The notes beneath the pieces are model-generated. The model was given only the letters and a program-made list of their open reading frames with translations, was not told the DNA's origin and made no database searches. From assembly GCF_009914755.1 (NCBI RefSeq), contig NC_060925.1: a stretch of DNA of 64,000 nucleotides. The stretch is one strand, 5' to 3'. Positions 26,770 to 41,859 of the stretch are shown here, in pieces. This DNA is from the human T2T-CHM13v2.0 reference genome, Homo sapiens. The number at the start of each line of letters is the position of its first letter. Position 1 is the stretch's first letter. The translations under genes and the position numbers were made by a program.

Positions 26770-29700
26770 ATGGAATCGTCATCGAATGAATTGAATGCAA
26801 TCATCGAATGGTCTCGAATGGAATCATCTTCTAATGGAAAGGAATGGAATCATCGCATAGAATCGAATGGAATTATCATCGAATGGAATCGAATGGTATC
26901 AACACCAAACGGAAAAAAACGGAATTATCGAATGGAATCGAAGAGAATCTTCGAACGGACCCGAATGGAATCATCTAATGGAATGGAATGGAATAATCCA
27001 TGGACTCGAATGCAATCATCATCGAATGGAATCGAATGGAATCATCGAATGGACTCGAATGGAATAATCATTGAACGGAATCGAATGGAATCATCATCGG
27101 ATGGAAACGAATGGAATCATCATCGAATGGAAATGAAAGGAGTCATCATCTAATGGAATTGCATGGAATCATCATAAAATGGAATCGAATGGAATCAACA
27201 TCAAATGGAATCAAATGGAATCATTGAACGGAATTGAATGAAATCGTCATCGAATGAATTGAATGCAATCATCGAATGGTCTCGAATGGAATCATCTTCA
27301 AATGGAATGGAATGGAATCATCGCATAGAATCGAATGGAATTATCATCGAATGGAATCGAATGGAATCAACATCAAACGGAAAAAAACGTAATTATCGAA
27401 TGGAATCGAAGAGAATCATCGAATGGACCCGAATGGAATCATCTAATGGAATGGAATGGAATAATCCATGGACTCGAATGCAATCATCATCGAATGGAAT
27501 CGAATGGAATCATCGAATGGACTCGAATGGAATAATCATTGAACGGAATCGAATGGAATCATCATCGGATGGAAATGAATGGAATCATCATCGAATGGAA
27601 TCGAATAGAATTATGGAATGAAATCCAGTGTGATCATCATCGAATGGACACGAATGGAATCATCATCCAACGGAAGCTAATGGAATCAACATCGAATGAA
27701 TCAAATGGAAACACCATCGAATTGAAACGAATGGAATTACCATGAAATTGAAATGGATGGACTCATCATCAAATGGATTCGAGTGGAATCATCGAATAAA
27801 ATTGATTGAAATCATCATCGAATGGAATCGAATGGTATCATTGAATGGAATCGAATGGAATCATCATCAGATGGAAATGAAAGGAATCGTCATAGAATGG
27901 AATCGAATTGATTCATTGAATGGAATCAGATGGAATCATTGAATGGACTGGAATGGAATCATTGAATGGACTCGAAAGGGATCATGATTGAATGGAATTG
28001 AATGGAATCATCGAATGGTCTCGATTGGAATCATTATCAAATGGAATCGAATGGAATCACCGAATAGAATCGAATGGAACAATCATCTAATGGACTCAAA
28101 TGGAATTATCCTCAAATGGAATCGAATGGAATTATCGAATGCAATCGAATGGAATTATCGAATGCAATCGAAGAGAATCATCGAATGGACTCGAATGGAA
28201 TCATCGAATGGAATGGAATGGAACAGTCAATGAACTCGAATGGAATCATCATTGAATGGAATCGAATGGAATCATCGAGTGGAATCGAATGGAATTATGA
28301 TCAAATGGAATCGAATGTAATCATCATCAAATGGAATCAAAAATAACCATCATCAATTGGTATTGAATGGAATTCTCTTCAAATGGAATTCAAAGGAATC
28401 ATCATCAAATGGAACCGAATGGAATCCTCATTGAATGGAAATGAAAGGGGTCATCATCTAATGGAATCGCATGGAATCATCATCAAATGGAATCGAATGG
28501 AATCAACATCAAATGGAATCTAATGGAATCATTGAACGGAATTGAATGGAATCGTCATCGAATGAATTGAATGCAATCATCGAATGGTCTCGAATGGAAT
28601 CATCTTCAAATGGAATGGAATGGAATCATCGCATAGAATCGAATGGAATTATCATCGAATGGAATCGAATGGAATCAACATCAAACGGAAAAAAACGGAA
28701 TTATCGAATGGAATCGAAGAGAATCTTCGAACGGACCCGAATGGAATCATCTAATGGAATGGAATGGAATAATCCATGGAGTCGAATGCTATCATCATCG
28801 AATGGAATCGAATGGAATCATCGAATGGACTCGAATGGAATAATCATTGAACGGAATCGAATGGAATCATCATCGGATGGAAACGAATGGAATCATCATC
28901 GAATGGAAATGAAAGGAGTCATCATCTAATGGAATTGCATGGAATCATCATAAAATGGAATCGAATGGAATCAACATCAAATGGAATCAAATGGAATCAT
29001 TGAACGGAATTGAATGGAATCGTCATCGAATGAATTGAATGCAATCATCGAATGGTCTCGAATGGAATCATCTTCAAATGGAATGGAATGGAATCATCGC
29101 ATAGAATCGAATGGAATTATCATCGAATGGAATCGAATGGAATCAACATCAAACGGAAAAAAACGGAATTATCGAATGGAATCGAAGAGAATCATCGAAT
29201 GGACCCGAATGGAATCATCTAATGGAATGGAATGGAATAATCCATGGACTCGAATGCAATCATCATCGAATGGAATCGAATGGAATCATCGAATGGACTC
29301 GAATGGAATAATCATTGAACGGAATCGAATGGAATCATCATCGGATGGAAATGAAAGGAGTCATCATCTAATGGAATTGCATGGAATCATCATAAAATGG
29401 AATCGAATGGAATCAACATCAAATGGAATCAAATGGAATCATTGAACGGAATTGAATGGAATCGTCATCGAATGAATTGAAAGCAATCATCGAATGGTCT
29501 CGAATGGAATCATCTTCAAATGGAATGGAATGGAATCATCGCATAGAATCGAATGGAATTATCATCGAATGGAATCGAATGGAATCAACATCAAACGGAA
29601 AAAAACGGAATTATCAAATGGAATCGAAGAGAATCATCGAATGGACCCGAATGGAATCATCTAATGGAATGGAATGGAATAATCCATGGACTCGAATGCA

Positions 29701-32700
29701 ATCATCATCGAATGGAATCGAATGGAATCATCGAATGGACTCGAATGGAATAATCATTGAACGGAATCGAATGGAATCATCATCGGATGGAAATGAATGG
29801 AATCATCATCGAATGGAATCGAATAGAATTATGGAATGAAATCCAGTGTGATCATCATCGAATGGACCCGAATGGAATCATCATCCAACGGAAGCTAATG
29901 GAATCAACATCGAATGAATCAAACGGAAACACCATCGAATTGAAACGAATGGAATTACCATGAAATTGAAATGGATGGACTCATCATCGAATGGATTCGA
30001 ATGGAATCATCGAATAAAATTGATTGAAATCATCATCGAATGGAATCGAATGGTATCATTGAATGGAATCGAATGGAATCATCATCAGATGGAAATGAAT
30101 GGAATCGTCATAGAATGGAATCGAATGGATTCATTGAATGGAATCAGATGGAATCATCGAATGGACTGGAATGGAATCATTGAATGGACTCGAAAGGGAT
30201 CATTATTGAATGGAATTGAATGGAATCATCGAATGGTCTCGATTGGAATCATTATCAAATGGAATCGAATGGAATCACCGAATAGAATCGAATGGAACAA
30301 TCATCGAATGGACACAAATGGAATTATCCTAAAATGGAATCGAATGGAATTATCGAATGCAATCGAATGGAATTATCGAATGCAATCGAATAGAATCATC
30401 GAATGGACTCGAATGGAATCATCGAATGGAATGGAATGGAACAGTCAATGAACTCGAATGGAATCATCATTGAATGGAATCGAATGGTATCATCGAGTGG
30501 AATCGAATGTAATCATCATCAAATGGAATCAAAAATAACCATCATCAAATGGAATCAAAAATAACCATCATCAATTGGTAGTGAATGGAATTCTCATCAA
30601 ATGGAATTCAAAGGAATCATCATCAAATGGAACCGAATGGAATCCTCATTGAATGGAAATGAAAGGGGTTATCATCTAATGGAATCGCATGGAATCATCA
30701 TAAAATGGAATCGAATGGAATCAACATCAAATGGAATCAAATGGAATCATTGAACGGAATTGAATGGAATCGTCATCGAATGAATTGAATGCAATCATCG
30801 AATGGTCTCGAATGGAATCATCTTCAAATGGAATGGAATGGAATCAGCACATAGAATCGAATGGAATTATCATCGAATGGAATCGAATGGAATCAACATC
30901 AAACGGAAAAAAACGGAATTATCGAATGCAATCGAAGAGAATCATCGAATGGACCCGAATGGAATCATCTAATGGAATGGAATGGAATAATCCATGGACT
31001 CGAATGCAATCATCATCGAATGGAATCGAATGGAATCATCGAATGGACTCGAATGGAATAATCATTGAACGGAATCGAATGGAATCATCATCGGATGGAA
31101 ACGAATGGAATCATCATCGAATGGAATCAAATAGAATTATGGAATGAAATCCAGTGTGATCATCATCGAATGGACCCGAATGGAATCATCATCCAACGGA
31201 AGCTAATGGAATCAACATCGAATGAATCAAATGGAAACACCATCGAATTGAAACGAATGGAATTACCATGAAATTGAAATGGATGGACTCATCATCAAAT
31301 GGATTCGAATGGATTCATCAAATAAAATTGATTGAAATCATCATCGAATGGAATCGAATGGTATCATTGAATGGAATCGAATGGAATCATCATCAGATGG
31401 AAATGAATGGAATCGTCATAGAATGGAATCGAATGGATTCATTGAATGGAATCAGATGGAATCATTGAATGGACTGGAATGGAATCATTGAATGGACTCG
31501 AAAGGGATCATTATTGAATGGAATTGAATGGAATCATCGAATGGTCTCGATTGGAATCATTATCAAATGGAATCGAATGGAATCACCGAATAGAATCGAA
31601 TGGAACAATCATCGAATGGACTCAAATGGAATTATCCTCCAATGGAATCGAATGGAATTATCGAATGCAATCGAATGGAATTATCGAATGCAATCGAATA
31701 GAATCATCGAATGGACTCGAATGGAATCATCGAATGGAATGGAATGGAACAGTCAATGAACTCGAATGGAATCATCATTGAATGGAATCGAATGGAATCA
31801 TCGAGTGGAATCGAAAGGAATTATGACCAAATGGAATCGAATGTAATCATCATCAAATGGAATCAAAAATAACCATCATCAATTGGTATTGAATGGAATT
31901 GTCATCAAATGGAATTCAAAGGAATCATCATCAAATGGAACCGAATGGAATCCTCATTGAATGGAAATGAAAGGGGTCATCATCTAATGGAATCGCATGG
32001 AATCATCATCAAATGGAATCGAATGGAATCATCATCAAATGGAATCAAATGGAATCATTGAACAGAATTGAATGGAATGGTCATCGAATGAGTTGAATGC
32101 AATCATCGAATGGTCTCGAATGGAATCATCTTCTAATGGAAAGGAATGGAATCATCGCATAGAATCGAATGGAATTATCATCGAATGGAATCGAATGGTA
32201 TCAACACCAAACGGAAAAAAACGGAATTATCGAATGGAATCGAAGAGAATCTTCGAACGGACCCGAATGGAATCATCTAATGGAATGGAATGGAATAATC
32301 AATGGACTCGAATGCAATCATCATCGAATGGAATCGAATGGAATCATCGAATGGACTCGAATGGAATAATCATTGAACGGAATCGAATGGAATCATCATC
32401 GGATGGAAACGAATGGAATCATCATCGAATGGAAATGAAAGGAGTCATCATCTAATGGAATTGCATGGAATCATCATAAAATGGAATCGAATGGAATCAA
32501 CATCAAATGGAATCAAATGGAATCATTGAACGGAATTGAATGGAATCGTCATCGAATGAATTGAATGCAATCATCGAATGGTCTCGAATGGAATCATCTT
32601 CAAATGGAATGGAATGGAATCATCGCATAGAATCGAATGGAATTATCATCGAATGGAATCGAATGGAATCAACATCCAACGGAAAAAAACGGAATTATCG

Positions 32701-35700
32701 AATGGAATCGAAGAGAATCATCGAATGGACCCGAATGGAATCATCTAATGGAATGGAATGGAATAATCCATGGACTCGAATGCAATCATCATCGAATGGA
32801 ATCGAATGGAATCATCGAATGGACTCGAATGGAATAATCATTGAACGGAATCGAATGGAATCATCATCGGATGGAAACGAATGGAATCATCATCGAATGG
32901 AAATGAAAGGAGTCATCATCTAATGGAATTGCATGGAATCATCATAAAATGGAATCGAATGGAATAATCATCAAATGGAATCAAATGGAATCATTGAACG
33001 GAATTGAATGGAATCGTCATCGAATGAATTGAATGCAATCATCGAATGGTCTCGAATGGAATCATCTTCAAATGGAATGGAATGGAATCATCGCATAGAA
33101 TCGAATGGAATTATCATCGAATGGAATCGAATGGTATCAACATCAAACGGAAAAAAACGGAATTATCGAATGGAATCAAAGAGAATCTTCGAACGGACCC
33201 GAATGGAATCATCTAATGGAATGGAATGGAATAATCCATGGACTCGAATGCAATCATCATCGAATGGAATCGAATGGAATCATTGAAAGGACTCGTATGG
33301 AATAATCATTGAACGGAATCGAATGGAATCATCATCGGATGGAAATGAATGGAATCATCATCGAATGGAATCGAATAGAATTATGGAATGAAATCCAGTG
33401 TGATCATCATCGAATGGACCCGAATGGAATCATCATCCAACGGAAGCTAATGGAATCAACATCCAATGAATCGAATGGAAACACCATCGAATTGAAACGA
33501 ATGGAATTATCATGAAATTGAAATGGATGGACTCATCATCGAATGGATTCGAATGGAATCATCGAATAAAATTGATTGAAATCATCATCGAATGGAATCG
33601 AATGGTATCATTGAATGGAATCGAATGGAATCATCATCAGATGGAAATGAATGGAATCGTCATAGAATGGAATCGAATGGATTCATTGAATGGAATCAGA
33701 TGGAATCATCGAATGGACTGGAATGGAATCATTGAATGGACTCGAAAGGGATCATTATTGAATGGAATTGAATGGAATCATCGAATGGTCTCGATTGGAA
33801 TCATTATCAAATGGAATCGAATGGAATCACCGAATAGAATCGAATGGAACAATCATCGAATGGACTCAAATGGAATTATCCTCAAATAGAATCGAATGGA
33901 ATTATCGAATGCAATCGAATGGAGTTATCGAATGCAATCGAATAGAATCATCGAATGGACTCGAATGGAATCATCGAATGGAATGGAATGGAACAGTCAA
34001 TAAACTCGAATGGAATCATCATTGAATGGAATCGAATGGAATCATCGAGTGGAATCGAATGGAATTATGATCAAATGGAATCGAATGTAATCATCATCAA
34101 ATGGAATCAAAAATAACCATCATCAATTGGTATTGAATGGAATTGTCATCAAATGGAATTCAAAGGAATCATCATCAAATGGAACCGAATGGAATCCTCA
34201 TTGAATGGAAATGAAAGGGGTCATCATCTAATGGAATCGCATGGAATCATCATCAAATGGAATCGAATGGAATCATCATCAAATGGAATCGAATGGAATC
34301 ATTGAAAGAATTGAATGGAATCATCATCGAATGAATTGAATGCAATCATCGAATGGTCTCGAATGGAATCATCTTCTAATGGAAAGGAATGGAATCATCG
34401 CATAGAATCGAATGGAATTATCATCGAATGGAATCGAATGGTATCAACACCAAACGGAAAAAAACGGAATTATCGAATGGAATCGAAGAGAATCTTCGAA
34501 CGGACCCGAATGGAATCATCTAATGGAATGGAATGGAATAATCCATGGAGTCGAATGCAATCATCATCGAATGGAATCGAATGGAATCATCGAATGGACT
34601 CGAATGGAATAATCATTGAACGGAATCGAATGGAATCATCATCGGATGGAAACGAATGGAATCATCATCGAATGGAAATGAAAGGAGTCATCATCTAATG
34701 GAATTGCATGGAATCATCATCAAATGGAATCGAATGGAATCAACATCAAATGGAATCAAATGGAATCATTGAACGGAATTGAATGGAATCGTCATCGAAT
34801 GAATTGAATGCAATCATCGAATGGTCTCGAATGGAATCATCTTCAAATGGAATGGAATGGAATCATCGCATAGAATCGAATGGAATTATCATCGAATGGA
34901 ATCGAATGGAATCAACATCAAACGGAAAAAAACGTAATTATCGAATGGAATCGAAGAGAATCATCGAATGGACCCGAATGGAATCATCTAATGGAATGGA
35001 ATGGAATAATCCATGGACTCGAATGCAATCATCATCGAATGGAATCGAATGGAATCATCGAATGGACTCGAATGGAATAATCATTGAACGGAATCGAATG
35101 GAATCATCATCGGATGGAAATGAATGGAATCATCATCGAATGGAATCGAATAGAATTATGGAATGAAATCCAGTGTGATCATCATCGAATGGACACGAAT
35201 GGAATCATCATCCAACGGAAGCTAATGGAATCAACATCGAATGAATCAAATGGAAACACCATCGAATTGAAACGAATGGAATTACCATGAAATTGAAATG
35301 GATGGACTCATCATCAAATGGATTCGAGTGGAATCATCGAATAAAATTGATTGAAATCATCATCGAATGGAATCGAATGGTATCATTGAATGGAATCGAA
35401 TGGAATCATCATCAGATGGAAATGAAAGGAATCGTCATAGAATGGAATCGAATGGATTCATTGAATGGAATCAGATGGAATCATTGAATGGACTGGAATG
35501 GAATCATTGAATGGACTCGAAAGGGATCATGATTGAATGGAATTGAATGGAATCATCGAATGGTCTCGATTGGAATCATTATCAAATGGAATCGAATGGA
35601 ATCACCGAATAGAATCGAATGGAACAATCATCTAATGGACTCAAATGGAATTATAATCAAATGGAATCGAATGGAATTATCGAATGCAATCGAATGGAAT

Positions 35701-38700
35701 TATCGAATGCAATCGAAGAGAATCATCGAATGGACTCGAATGGAATCATCGAATGGAATGGAATGGAACAGTCAATGAACTCGAATGGAATCATCATTGA
35801 ATGGAATCGAATGGAATCATCGAGTGGAATCGAATGGAATTATGATCAAATGGAATCGAATGTAATCATCATCAAATGGAATCAAAAATAACCATCATCA
35901 ATTGGTATTGAATGGAATTCTCATCAAATGGAATTCAAAGGAATCATCATCAAATGGAACCGAATGGAATCCTCATTGAATGGAAATGAAAGAGGTCATC
36001 ATCTAATGGAATCGCATGGAATCATCATCAAATGGAATCGAATGGAATCAACATCAAATGGAATCTAATGGAATCATTGAACGGAATTGAATGGAATCGT
36101 CATCGAATGAATTGAATGCAATCATCGAATGGTCTCGAATGGAATCATCTTCAAATGGAATGGAATGGAATCATCGCATAGAATCGAATGGAATTATCAT
36201 CGAATGGAATCGAATGGAATCAACATCAAACGGAAAAAAACGGAATTATCGAATGGAATCGAAGAGAATCTTCGAACGGACCCGAATGGAATCATCTAAT
36301 GGAATGGAATGGAATAATCCATGGACTCGAATGCAATCATCATCGAATGGAATCGAATGGAATCATCGAATGGACTCGAATGGAATAATCATTGAACGGA
36401 ATCGAATGGAATCATCATCGGATGGAAACGAATGGAATCATCATCGAATGGAAATGAAAGGAGTCATCATCTAATGGAATTGCATGGAATCATCATAAAA
36501 TGGAATCGAATGGAATCAACATCAAATGGAATCAAATGGAATCATTGAACGGAATTGAATGGAATCGTCATCGAATGAATTGAATGCAATCATCGAATGG
36601 TCTCGAATGGAATCATCTTCAAATGGAATGGAATGGAATCATCGCATAGAATCGAATGGAATTATCATCGAATGGAATGGAATGGAATCAACATCAAACG
36701 GAAAAAAACGGAATTATCGAATGGAATCGAAGAGAATCATCGAATGGACCCGAATGGAATCATCTAATGGAATGGAATGGAATAATCCATGGACTCGAAT
36801 GCAATCATCATCGAATGGAATCGAATGGAATCATCGAATGGACTCGAATGGAATAATCATTGAACGGAATCGAATGGAATCATCATCGGATGGAAATGAA
36901 AGGAGTCATCATCTAATGGAATTGCATGGAATCATCATAAAATGGAATCGAATGGAATCAACATCAAATGGAATCAAATGGAATCATTGAACGGAATTGA
37001 ATGGAATCGTCATCGAATGAATTGAAAGCAATCATCGAATGGTCTCGAATGGAATCATCTTCAAATGGAATGGAATGGAATCATCGCATAGAATCGAATG
37101 GAATTATCATCGAATGGAATCGAATGGAATCAACATCAAACGGAAAAAAACGGAATTATCGAATGGAATCGAAGAGAATCATCGAATGGACCCGAATGGA
37201 ATCATCTAATGGAATGGAATGGAATAATCCATGGACTCGAATGCAATCATCATCGAATGGAATCGAATGGAATCATCGAATGGACTCGAATGGAATAATC
37301 ATTGAACGGAATCGAATGGAATCATCATCGGATGGAAATGAATGGAATCATCATCGAATGGAATCGAATAGAATTATGGAATGAAATCCAGTGTGATCAT
37401 CATCGAATGGACCCGAATGGAATCATCATCCAACGGAAGCTAATGGAATCAACATCGAATGAATCAAATGGAAACACCATCGAATTGAAACGAAAGGAAT
37501 TACCATGAAATTGAAATGGATGGACTCATCATCGAATGGATTCGAATGGAATCATCGAATAAAATTGATTGAAATCATCATCGAATGGAATCGAATGGTA
37601 TCATTGAATGGAATCGAATGGAATCATCATGAGATGGAAATGAATGGAATCGTCATAGAATGGAATCGAATGGATTAATTGAATGGAATCAGATGGAATC
37701 ATTGAATGGACTGGAATGGAATCATTGAATGGACTCGAAAGGGATCATTATTGAATGGAATTGAATGGAATCATCGAATGGTCTCGATTGGAATCATTAT
37801 CAAATGGAATCGAATGGAATCACCGAATAGAATCGAATGGAAAAATCATCGAATGGACACAAATGGAATTATCCTCAAATGGAATCGAATGGAATTATCG
37901 AATGCAATCGAATGGAATTATCGAATGCAATCGAATAGAATCATCGAATGGACTCGAATGGAATCATCGAATGGAATGGAATGGAACAGTCAATGAACTC
38001 GAATGGAATCATCATTGAATGGAATCGAATGGAATCATCGAGTGGAATCGAATGTAATCATCATCAAATGGAATCAAAAATAACCATCATCAAATGGAAT
38101 CAAAAATAACCATCATCAATTGGTAGTGAATGGAATTCTCATCAAATGGAATTCAAAGGAATCATCATCAAATGGAACCGAATGGAATCCTCATTGAATG
38201 GAAATGAAAGGGGTTATCATCTAATGGAATCGCATGGAATCATCATAAAATGGAATCGAATGGAATCAACATCAAATGGAATCAAATGGAATCATTGAAC
38301 GGAATTGAATGGAATCGTCATCGAATGAATTGAATGCAATCATCGAATGGTCTCGAATGGAATCATCTTCAAATGGAATGGAATGGAATCATCACATAGA
38401 ATCGAATGGAATTATCATCGAATGGAATCGAATGGAATCAACATCAAACGGAAAAAAACGGAATTATCGAATGCAATCGAAGAGAATCATCGAATGGACC
38501 CGAATGGAATCATCTAATGGAATGGAATGGAATAATCCATGGACTCGAATGCAATCATCATCGAATGGAATCGAATGGAATCATCGAATGGACTCGAATG
38601 GAATAATCATTGAACGGAATCGAATGGAATCATCATCGGATGGAAACGAATGGAATCATCATCGAATGGAATCAAATAGAATTATGGAATGAAATCCAGT

Positions 38701-41700
38701 GTGATCATCATCGAATGGACCCGAATGGAATCATCATCCAACGGAAGCTAATGGAATCAACATCGAATGAATCAAATGGAAACACCATCGAATTGAAACG
38801 AATGGAATTACCATGAAATTGAAATGGATGGACTCATCATCAAATGGATTCGAATGGATTCATCAAATAAAATTGATTGAAATCATCATCGAATGGAATC
38901 GAATGGTATCATTGAATGGAATCGAATGGAATCATCATCAGATGGAAATGAATGGAATCGTCATAGAATGGAATCGAATGGATTCATTGAATGGAATCAG
39001 ATGGAATCATTGAATGGACTGGAATGGAATCATTGAATGGACTCGAAAGGGATCATGATTGAATGGAATTGAATGGAATCATCGAATGGTCTCGATTGGA
39101 ATCATTATCAAATGGAATCGAATGGAATCACCGAATAGAATCGAATGGAACAATCATCGAATGGACTCAAATGGAATTATCCTCCAATGGAATCGAATGG
39201 AATTATCGAATGCAATCGAATGGAATTATCGAATGCAATCGAATAGAATCATCGAATGGACTCGAATGGAATCATCGAATGGAATGGAATGGAACAGTCA
39301 ATGAACTCGAATGGAATCATCATTGAATGGAATCGAATGGAATCATCGAGTGGAATCGAAAGGAATTATGACCAAATGGAATCGAATGTAATCATCATCA
39401 AATGGAATCAAAAATAACCATCATCAATTGGTATTGAATGGAATTGTCATCAAATGGAATTCAAAGGAATCATCATCAAATGGAACCGAATGGAATCCTC
39501 ATTGAATGGAAATGAAAGGGGTCATCATCTAATGGAATCGCATGGAATCATCATCAAATGGAATCGAATGGAATCATCATCAAATGGAATCAAATGGAAT
39601 CATTGAACAGAATTGAATGGAATGGTCATCGAATGAGTTGAATGCAATCATCGAATGGTCTCGAATGGAATCATCTTCTAATGGAAAGGAATGGAATCAT
39701 CGCATAGAATCGAATGGAATTATCATCGAATGGAATCGAATGGTATCAACACCAAACGGAAAAAAACGGAATTATCGAATGGAATCGAAGAGAATCTTCG
39801 AACGGACCCGAATGGAATCATCTAATGGAATGGAATGGAATAATCCATGGACTCGAATGCAATCATCATCGAATGGAATCGAATGGAATCATCGAATGGA
39901 CTCGAATGGAATAATCATTGAACGGAATCGAATGGAATCATCATCGGATGGAAACGAATGGAATCATCATCGAATGGAAATGAAAGGAGTCATCATCTAA
40001 TGGAATTGCATGGAATCATCATAAAATGGAATCGAATGGAATCAACATCAAATGGAATCAAATGGAATCATTGAACGGAATTGAATGGAATCGTCATCGA
40101 ATGAATTGAATGCAATCATCGAATGGTCTCGAATGGAATCATCTTCAAATGGAATGGAATGGAATCATCGCATAGAATCGAATGGAATTATCATCGAACG
40201 GAATCGAATGGAATCAACATCAAACGGAAAAAAACGGAATTATCGAATGGAATCGAAGAGAATCTTCGAACGGACCCGAATGGAATCATCTAATGGAATG
40301 GAATGGAATAATCCATGGACTCGAATGCAATCATCATCGAATGGAATCGAATGGAATCATCGAATGGACTCGAATGGAATAATCATTGAACGGAATCGAA
40401 TGGAATCATCATCGGATGGAAACGAATGGAATCATCATCGAATGGAAATGAAAGGAGTCATCATCTAATGGAATTGCATGGAATCATCATAAAATGGAAT
40501 CGAATGGAATCATCATCAAATGGAATCAAATGGAATCATTGAACGGAATTGAATGGAATCGTCATCGAATGAATTGAATGCAATCATCGAATGGTCTCGA
40601 ATGGAATCATCTTCAAATGGAATGGAATGGAATCATCGCATAGAATCGAATGGAATTATCATCGAATGGAATCGAATGGTATCAACATCAAACGGAAAAA
40701 AATGGAATTATCGAATGGAATCAAAGAGAATCTTCGAACGGACCCGAATGGAATCATCTAATGGAATGGAATGGAATAATCCATGGACTCGAATGCAATC
40801 ATCATCGAATGGAATCGAATGGAATCATTGAAAGGACTCGTATGGAATAATCATTGAACGGAATCGAATGGAATCATCATCGGATGGAAATGAATGGAAT
40901 CATCATCGAATGGAATCGAATAGAATTATGGAATGAAATCCAGTGTGATCATCATCGAATGGACCCGAATGGAATCATCATCCAACGGAAGCTAATGGAA
41001 TCAACATCCAATGAATCGAATGGAAACACCATCGAATTGAAACGAATGGAATTATCATGAAATTGAAATGGATGGACTCATCATCGAATGGATTCGAATG
41101 GAATCATCGAATAAAATTGATTGAAATCATCATCGAATGGAATCGAATGGTATCATTGAATGGAATCGAATGGAATCATCATCAGATGGAAATGAATGGA
41201 ATCGTCATAGAATGGAATCGAATGGATTCATTGAATGGAATCAGATGGAATCATCGAATGGACTGGAATGGAATCATTGAATGGACTCGAAAGGGATCAT
41301 TATTGAATGGAATTGAATGGAATCATCGAATGGTCTCGATTGGAATCATTATCAAATGGAATCGAATGGAATCACCGAATAGAATCGAATGGAACAATCA
41401 TCGAATGGACTCAAATGGAATTATCCTCAAATAGAATCGAATGGAATTATCGAATGCAATCGAATGGAGTTATCGAATGCAATCGAATAGAATCATCGAA
41501 TGGACTCGAATGGAATCATCGAATGGAATGGAATGGAACAGTCAATAAACTCGAATGGAATCATCATTGAATGGAATCGAATGGAATCATCGAGTGGAAT
41601 CGAATGGAATTATGATCAAATGGAATCGAATGTAATCATCATCAAATGGAATCAAAAATAACCATCATCAATTGGTATTGAATGGAATTGTCATCAAATG

Positions 41701-41859
41701 GAATTCAAAGGAATCATCATCAAATGGAACCGAATGGAATACTCATTGAATGGAAATGAAAGGGGTCATCATCTAATGGAATCGCATGGAATCATCATCA
41801 AATGGAATCGAATGGAATCATCATCAAATGGAATCGAATGGAATCATTGAAAGAATTGA
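26770..41859 (+). repeat. Domain 2: 7,545-bp higher-order repeat, two copies (1,776 + 2,218 + 1,308 + 2,243)
   Basis: Module starts 27238/34783, 28546/36091, 29014/36559, 29456/37001, 30764/38309, 32072/39617, 32540/40085, 33008/40553 and 34315/41860 are all offset by 7,545. Shared private SNPs include AAACGTAATT, GGACACGAA, GAATGGTCATCGAATGAGTTG and GAAAGGACTCGTATGG. Confidence 0.92.

Larger units (their letters stand above)
1..27237 (+). repeat. Domain 1: mainly 1,776-bp units, with two 1,308-bp units and 670-bp deletion units
   Basis: A modules start at 396, 2172, 3948, 5724, 7500, 10584, 13030, 14806, 16582, 18358, 20134, 23218, 24994 and 26770. B-only units start at 9276 and 21910. A truncated unit starts at 12360. 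Confidence 0.9.
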
